Source of the DNA: a virus | Lineage: Duplodnaviria; Heunggongvirae; Uroviricota; Caudoviricetes | IMG/VR virus record: IMGVR_UViG_2872698443_000008 | Strand: one strand, 5' to 3' | DNA: 42,559 bases | In this document: positions 38,517 through 42,559 of the stretch, piece by piece | Numbering within the stretch: position 1 is the first letter of the stretch | Layout: every line of letters starts with the position of its first letter | Notes under the pieces: model-generated | Told to the model about the DNA's origin: nothing | Seen by the model: the letters and a program-made list of their open reading frames with translations, nothing else | The model's database searches: none | Made by a program: the position numbers and the translations under genes

Positions 38517-39053
38517 ATGTCATTTATTAAAACTTTTTCCGGGAAGCATTTTTATTATGACAGGATAAATAAAGACGACATCGTTATTAACGATATCGCG
38601 GTTTCCCTTTCAAATATCTGTCGCTTTGCAGGACATCTTTCACACTTCTACAGTGTCGCCCAACATGCGGTGCTTTGCAGCCAGCTGGTGCCGCAGGAAT
38701 TTGCTTTTGAAGCTTTAATGCATGATGCAACAGAAGCATATTGCCAGGACATCCCCGCACCACTGAAACGACTTCTTCCTGACTATAAACGTATGGAAGA
38801 AAAAATAGACGCCGTAATCCGTGAGAAATACGGGTTACCTCCTGTTATGAGCACGCCAGTGAAATATGCCGATCTCATTATGCTGGCAACCGAACGCCGC
38901 GATCTCGGGCTTGATGATGGCTCTTTCTGGCCTGTACTGGAAGGTATCCCGGCAACAGAGATGTTCAAAGTGATTCCACAGGCACCGGGCCATGCCTACG
39001 GGATGTTTATGGAACGTTTTAACGAGTTATCGGAGTTACGCAAATGCGCATGA
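38517..39053 (+). CDS. HD-domain phosphohydrolase (YfdR-like 5'-deoxynucleotidase)
   Basis: Start at MSFIKTFSGKHFYY; H...HD motif (AQHAV ... ALMHDATEAY). Confidence 0.75.
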   Translation: MSFIKTFSGKHFYYDRINKDDIVINDIAVSLSNICRFAGHLSHFYSVAQHAVLCSQLVPQEFAFEALMHDATEAYCQDIPAPLKRLLPDYKRMEEKIDAVIREKYGLPPVMSTPVKYADLIMLATERRDLGLDDGSFWPVLEGIPATEMFKVIPQAPGHAYGMFMERFNELSELRKCA

Positions 39054-39406
39054 ATGTTTTCGAAATGGAAGGGTTTCTTCGTGGGAGATGTGTACCGCGA
39101 GATCTGAAAGTGAATGAAACAGATGCTGAATACCTGGTACGTAAATTCGATGCGCTTGAAGCTAAATGTACAGCACTGGAAAACAAAGTAATACCAGTGT
39201 CAGCTGAACTGCCGCCAGCAAATGAAAGTGTTCTGTTATTTGATGCTAATGGAGAAGGCTGGCTGATTGGCTGGCGTTCTCTCTGGTACACCTGGGGACA
39301 AAAAGAAACCGGAGAATGGCAGTGGACATTTCAGGTCGGGGACCTTGAAAACGTCAATATCACTCACTGGGCAGTAATGCCAAAAGCACCGGAGGCTGGA
39401 GCATAA
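39044..39406 (+). CDS. Hypothetical early protein (DUF551-like)
   Basis: 120 aa, Trp-rich C-terminus; overlaps preceding gene end. Confidence 0.45.
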   Translation: MRMNVFEMEGFLRGRCVPRDLKVNETDAEYLVRKFDALEAKCTALENKVIPVSAELPPANESVLLFDANGEGWLIGWRSLWYTWGQKETGEWQWTFQVGDLENVNITHWAVMPKAPEAGA

Positions 39407-39711
39407 TGACCACTTTTACCGACAAAGAACTGATTAAAGAAATTAAAGAGCGTATCAGCAGCCTTGACGTGCGAGACGATATTGAGCGCCGTGCTTATGA
39501 AATCGCACTCCTATCTCTGGAAGTAGAACCAGATGAACGCGAAGCTTATGAATTATTCATGGAAAAGCGTTTCGGTGACTTAGTAGATCGTCGGAGAGCA
39601 AAAAACGGCGATAACGAATACATGGCATGGGATATGACTCTCGGTTGGATCGTCTGGCAGCAACGAGCTGGTATCCATTTTTCAACAATGTCACAACAAG
39701 AGGTGAAATAA
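39406..39711 (+). CDS. Hypothetical early protein
   Basis: 101 aa, acidic; ATGA-coupled to the preceding gene. Confidence 0.45.
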   Translation: MTTFTDKELIKEIKERISSLDVRDDIERRAYEIALLSLEVEPDEREAYELFMEKRFGDLVDRRRAKNGDNEYMAWDMTLGWIVWQQRAGIHFSTMSQQEVK

Positions 39712-40061
39712 TGGAGCCATACAGCCTCACACTCGATGAGGCCTGTCATTTTCTCAAGATATCCAGACCGACTGCCATTAACTGGATACGCACAGGGCGT
39801 CTTCAGGCAACACGTAAAGATCCCACTAAGAATAAATCTCCTTACCTCACAACACGACAAGCCTGCATTGCGGCTCTTCAGTCTCCGCTGCATACTGTCC
39901 AGGTGAGCGCGGGTGATGGCATAACAGAGGAAAGAAAATGTCACTCTTCCGCAGAGGTGAAATATGGTACGCCAGTTTCACATTGCCGAACGGTAAAAGA
40001 TTTAAACAGTCTCTTGGAACAAAGGACAAAAGGCAGGCGACAGAACTCCATGACAAGCTAA
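39711..40061 (+). CDS. xis: Excisionase (AlpA/Xis-type HTH)
   Basis: Start at [36 protein letters not shown]; 116 aa frame overlapping the integrase start by about 120 nt. Confidence 0.7.
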   Translation: MEPYSLTLDEACHFLKISRPTAINWIRTGRLQATRKDPTKNKSPYLTTRQACIAALQSPLHTVQVSAGDGITEERKCHSSAEVKYGTPVSHCRTVKDLNSLLEQRTKGRRQNSMTS

Positions 40062-41101
40062 AGGCTGAAGCATGGCGGGTCAGCAAACTTGGTGAAATAC
40101 CTGATATAACGTTCGAGGAAGCTTGTGTCAGGTGGCTTGAAGAGAAAGCACATAAAAAATCACTGGACGATGACAAAAGCCGGATCGGATTCTGGCTTCA
40201 ACATTTCGCAGGAATGCAACTAAGAGACATTACTGAATCAAAAATTTATTCAGCAATGCAGAAAATGACGAACCGGCGTCATGAGGAAAACTGGAAACTC
40301 AGGGCAGAAGCATGCAGAAAAAAAGGGAAACCTGTTCCAGAATACACGCCAAAACCAGCGTCCGTTGCAACGAAGGCTACGCATCTTTCATTTATAAAGG
40401 CCCTACTAAGAGCCGCAGAGCGTGAATGGAAAATGCTGGATAAGGCACCAATTATTAAAGTGCCTCAACCAAAGAATAAACGGATCCGCTGGCTGGAGCC
40501 CCATGAAGCACAAAGGCTGATTGATGAATGTCCGGAGCCATTAAAGTCTGTTGTTGAATTTGCACTGGCAACAGGCTTAAGACGCTCGAACATCATCAAC
40601 CTTGAATGGCAACAAATAGATATGCAGCGCCGGGTGGCATGGATAAACCCGGAAGAGAGTAAATCAAACCGCGCAATTGGCGTTGCGCTGAATGATACTG
40701 CATGTCGCGTATTGAAAAAACAAATCGGGAATCATCACCGTTGGGTATTTGTGTACAAGGAAAGCTGTACCAAACCAGACGGAACGAAAGCGCCAACAGT
40801 AAGGAAGATGCGGTATGACGCAAACACAGCCTGGAAAGCGGCGCTGAGACGGGCTGGTATTGATGATTTCAGATTTCACGACTTGAGACACACCTGGGCA
40901 AGTTGGCTGGTTCAAGCCGGAGTCCCGTTGTCAGTGTTACAGGAAATGGGAGGCTGGGAGTCTATCGAAATGGTTCGTCGATATGCTCACCTTGCACCTA
41001 ATCACCTTACCGAACACGCACGGCAAATAGACTCGATCCTGAACCCATCGGTCCCAAATTTGTCCCAGTCAAAAAATAAGGAAGGTACTAATGATGTGTA
41101 A
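39938..41101 (+). CDS. int: Tyrosine integrase (P22 Int type, thrW-specific)
   Basis: 387 aa, [40 protein letters not shown]...; catalytic region ...[20 protein letters not shown]...VRRYAHL; ends 15 nt from the tRNA. Confidence 0.95.
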   Translation: MSLFRRGEIWYASFTLPNGKRFKQSLGTKDKRQATELHDKLKAEAWRVSKLGEIPDITFEEACVRWLEEKAHKKSLDDDKSRIGFWLQHFAGMQLRDITESKIYSAMQKMTNRRHEENWKLRAEACRKKGKPVPEYTPKPASVATKATHLSFIKALLRAAEREWKMLDKAPIIKVPQPKNKRIRWLEPHEAQRLIDECPEPLKSVVEFALATGLRRSNIINLEWQQIDMQRRVAWINPEESKSNRAIGVALNDTACRVLKKQIGNHHRWVFVYKESCTKPDGTKAPTVRKMRYDANTAWKAALRRAGIDDFRFHDLRHTWASWLVQAGVPLSVLQEMGGWESIEMVRRYAHLAPNHLTEHARQIDSILNPSVPNLSQSKNKEGTNDV

Positions 41102-41115
41102 CTTATTGATTTAAA

Positions 41116-41191
41116 TGGTGCCGATAATAGGAGTCGAACCTACGACCTTCGCATTACGAATGCGCTGCTCTACCAACTGAGCTATATCGGC
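41116..41191 (-). tRNA. thrW: tRNA-Thr (anticodon CGU)
   Basis: Reverse complement reads GCCGATATAGCTCAGTTGGTAGAGCAGCGCATTCGTAATGCGAAGGTCGTAGGTTCGACTCCTATTATCGGCACCA. Confidence 0.9.
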
Positions 41192-41305
41192 CCTGAAAGG
41201 ACATGTTCACGAACGTGAATCACGGTGGACAAGGTTAAAACTAACCGGGCGATGCGTCAATGGCCTTGTGAATCAAATGGCTACTTTTGCATCACCCGGT
41301 TTTAT

Positions 41306-42559
41306 TTACGCACGAATGGTGTAATCACCAATGCCGATCCACTTGTAAGTGGTCAGTGCTTCCAGCCCCATTGGGCCACGCGCGTGGAGTTTTTGTGTGC
41401 TTACCGCCACTTCCGCACCCAGACCAAACTGGCCGCCGTCGGTAAAACGCGTAGAGGCGTTAACGTAAACAGCGGACGAATCCACTTCGTTAACAAAACG
41501 CTGGGCGTTGCGCATATCGCGGGTCAGGATCGCATCGGAGTGTTGTGTGCCGTGTTCACGAATATGGGCGATGGCATCGTCAAGATCGCTGACGATTTTG
41601 ACGTTCAAATCTAATGACAGAAACTCATCGTCATACTCTTCGGCTTTAACAGCAACCACCTTCGCAGGGCCTGCCTGCAACTGCGCCAGTGCAGCTGCAT
41701 CTGCGTGTAATGTCACGCCGCTTTCCGCCATTTGTTTGCTTAATGCGGGCAGGAAGCTATCGGCGATGTTTTTATTCACCAGCAACGTTTCAACCGTATT
41801 ACATGTGCTCGGACGCTGAGTTTTCGCGTTGACGATCACTTTTAATGCTTCAGCGATCTCTACACTTTCATCAACGTAAATATGGCATACGCCTATACCA
41901 CCTGTGATCACCGGGATTGTCGACTGTTCACGGCACAGTTTATGCAAACCAGCGCCACCACGCGGGATCAGCATGTCGATGTATTTATCCATACGCAGCA
42001 TTTCACTGACCAGCGCACGGTCAGGATTATCAATCGCCTGCACGGCACCCGCCGGTAAGCCGCAGGATTTCAGGACGTCCTGAATCACCGCCACCGTTGC
42101 AGCGTTAGTGCGACACGTTTCTTTGCCACCGCGCAGGATCACCGCATTACCGGTTTTCAGGCACAGCGAAGCGACATCAACCGTCACGTTCGGGCGCGCT
42201 TCATAAATCACGCCAATAACCCCCAGCGGTACGCGACGACGCTCAAGACGCAGGCCGCTGTCCAGTACGCCGCCATCGATTACCTGCCCCACCGGATCGG
42301 CGAGGTTGCACACCTGACGTACATCGTCGGCAATGCCTTTCAGCCGTGCGGGCGTCAGTGCCAGACGGTCAAGCATCGCTTCGCTAAGGCCATTGGCTCG
42401 CGCGTCAGCAACATCCTGGGCGTTAGCGTTGAGGATGATTTCGCTTTGTGCTTCCAGTTCATCGGCGATTTTTTCCAGCACGCGATTTTTTTCGCGGCTG
42501 GAGAGTTGCGCTAATTTATACGAGGCTTGCTTCGCGGCAATGCCCATTTGTTCCAGCAT
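41306..42559 (-). CDS. proA: Gamma-glutamyl phosphate reductase
   Basis: 417 aa, [34 protein letters not shown]...; aldehyde dehydrogenase family; start coincides with the window end. Confidence 0.95.
   Translation of the reverse strand: MLEQMGIAAKQASYKLAQLSSREKNRVLEKIADELEAQSEIILNANAQDVADARANGLSEAMLDRLALTPARLKGIADDVRQVCNLADPVGQVIDGGVLDSGLRLERRRVPLGVIGVIYEARPNVTVDVASLCLKTGNAVILRGGKETCRTNAATVAVIQDVLKSCGLPAGAVQAIDNPDRALVSEMLRMDKYIDMLIPRGGAGLHKLCREQSTIPVITGGIGVCHIYVDESVEIAEALKVIVNAKTQRPSTCNTVETLLVNKNIADSFLPALSKQMAESGVTLHADAAALAQLQAGPAKVVAVKAEEYDDEFLSLDLNVKIVSDLDDAIAHIREHGTQHSDAILTRDMRNAQRFVNEVDSSAVYVNASTRFTDGGQFGLGAEVAVSTQKLHARGPMGLEALTTYKWIGIGDYTIRA

Noticed and set aside
41192-41305. Long-loop inverted repeat (CCGGGTGATGC…GCATCGCCCGG) between proA and thrW as a proA terminator
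   Set aside because: Loop of about 35 nt and no clean U-tract; could equally be thrW promoter-region structure, so not annotated.
1-42559. CRISPR arrays and second attachment site
   Set aside because: No regularly spaced direct-repeat array was seen anywhere, and no copy of the thrW 3' end (TGGTGCCGATAATAGGAGTCGAACC) was found at the left of the window; a weak resemblance near 3037-3054 (gtggaccgatatagtaag) was judged coincidental.

Overview
This window is the proA-thrW edge of an Escherichia/Shigella-type chromosome carrying a mosaic prophage integrated at tRNA-Thr (thrW), read from the sequence alone with no database search. From right to left: proA (minus strand), thrW, a P22-type tyrosine integrase and excisionase, an early-left operon with low-GC inserts, a lambdoid immunity region (CI-like repressor and Cro/YdaS-like gene, divergent, with GTAC-core operator palindromes), a replication gene with internal iterons, a nin-like region (Dam-like methyltransferase, RusA, KilA-N, Q antiterminator), a lysis cassette (holin, lambda-R-like endolysin, Rz/Rz1), an HK97-like head module, a Mu-like contractile-tail module, and an e14-like Pin-invertible tail-fibre segment. 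The sheath, tube and neighbouring tail genes carry clustered frameshifts, and an IS1 interrupts the silent tail-fibre assembly gene. The leftmost 4.2 kb, beyond the invertase, is a cargo islet: a low-GC small gene with a PD-(D/E)xK nuclease-like motif, a tyrosine-recombinase remnant, and a 917-aa protein fusing a PHP phosphoesterase domain to an ABC/SMC-type ATPase. That fusion protein is the strongest candidate for a defence function; from memory its architecture resembles the single-gene PHP+ATPase 'Ppl' family, so it may not be new. Other candidates for undescribed accessory functions are a reverse-oriented 339-aa gene between Q and the lysis genes, a low-GC antisense gene in the early-left operon, and an adjacent GC-rich non-coding region with nested inverted repeats. 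Product calls rest on motif and family recognition and gene order. No CRISPR array was seen, and the second attachment site is not in the window.
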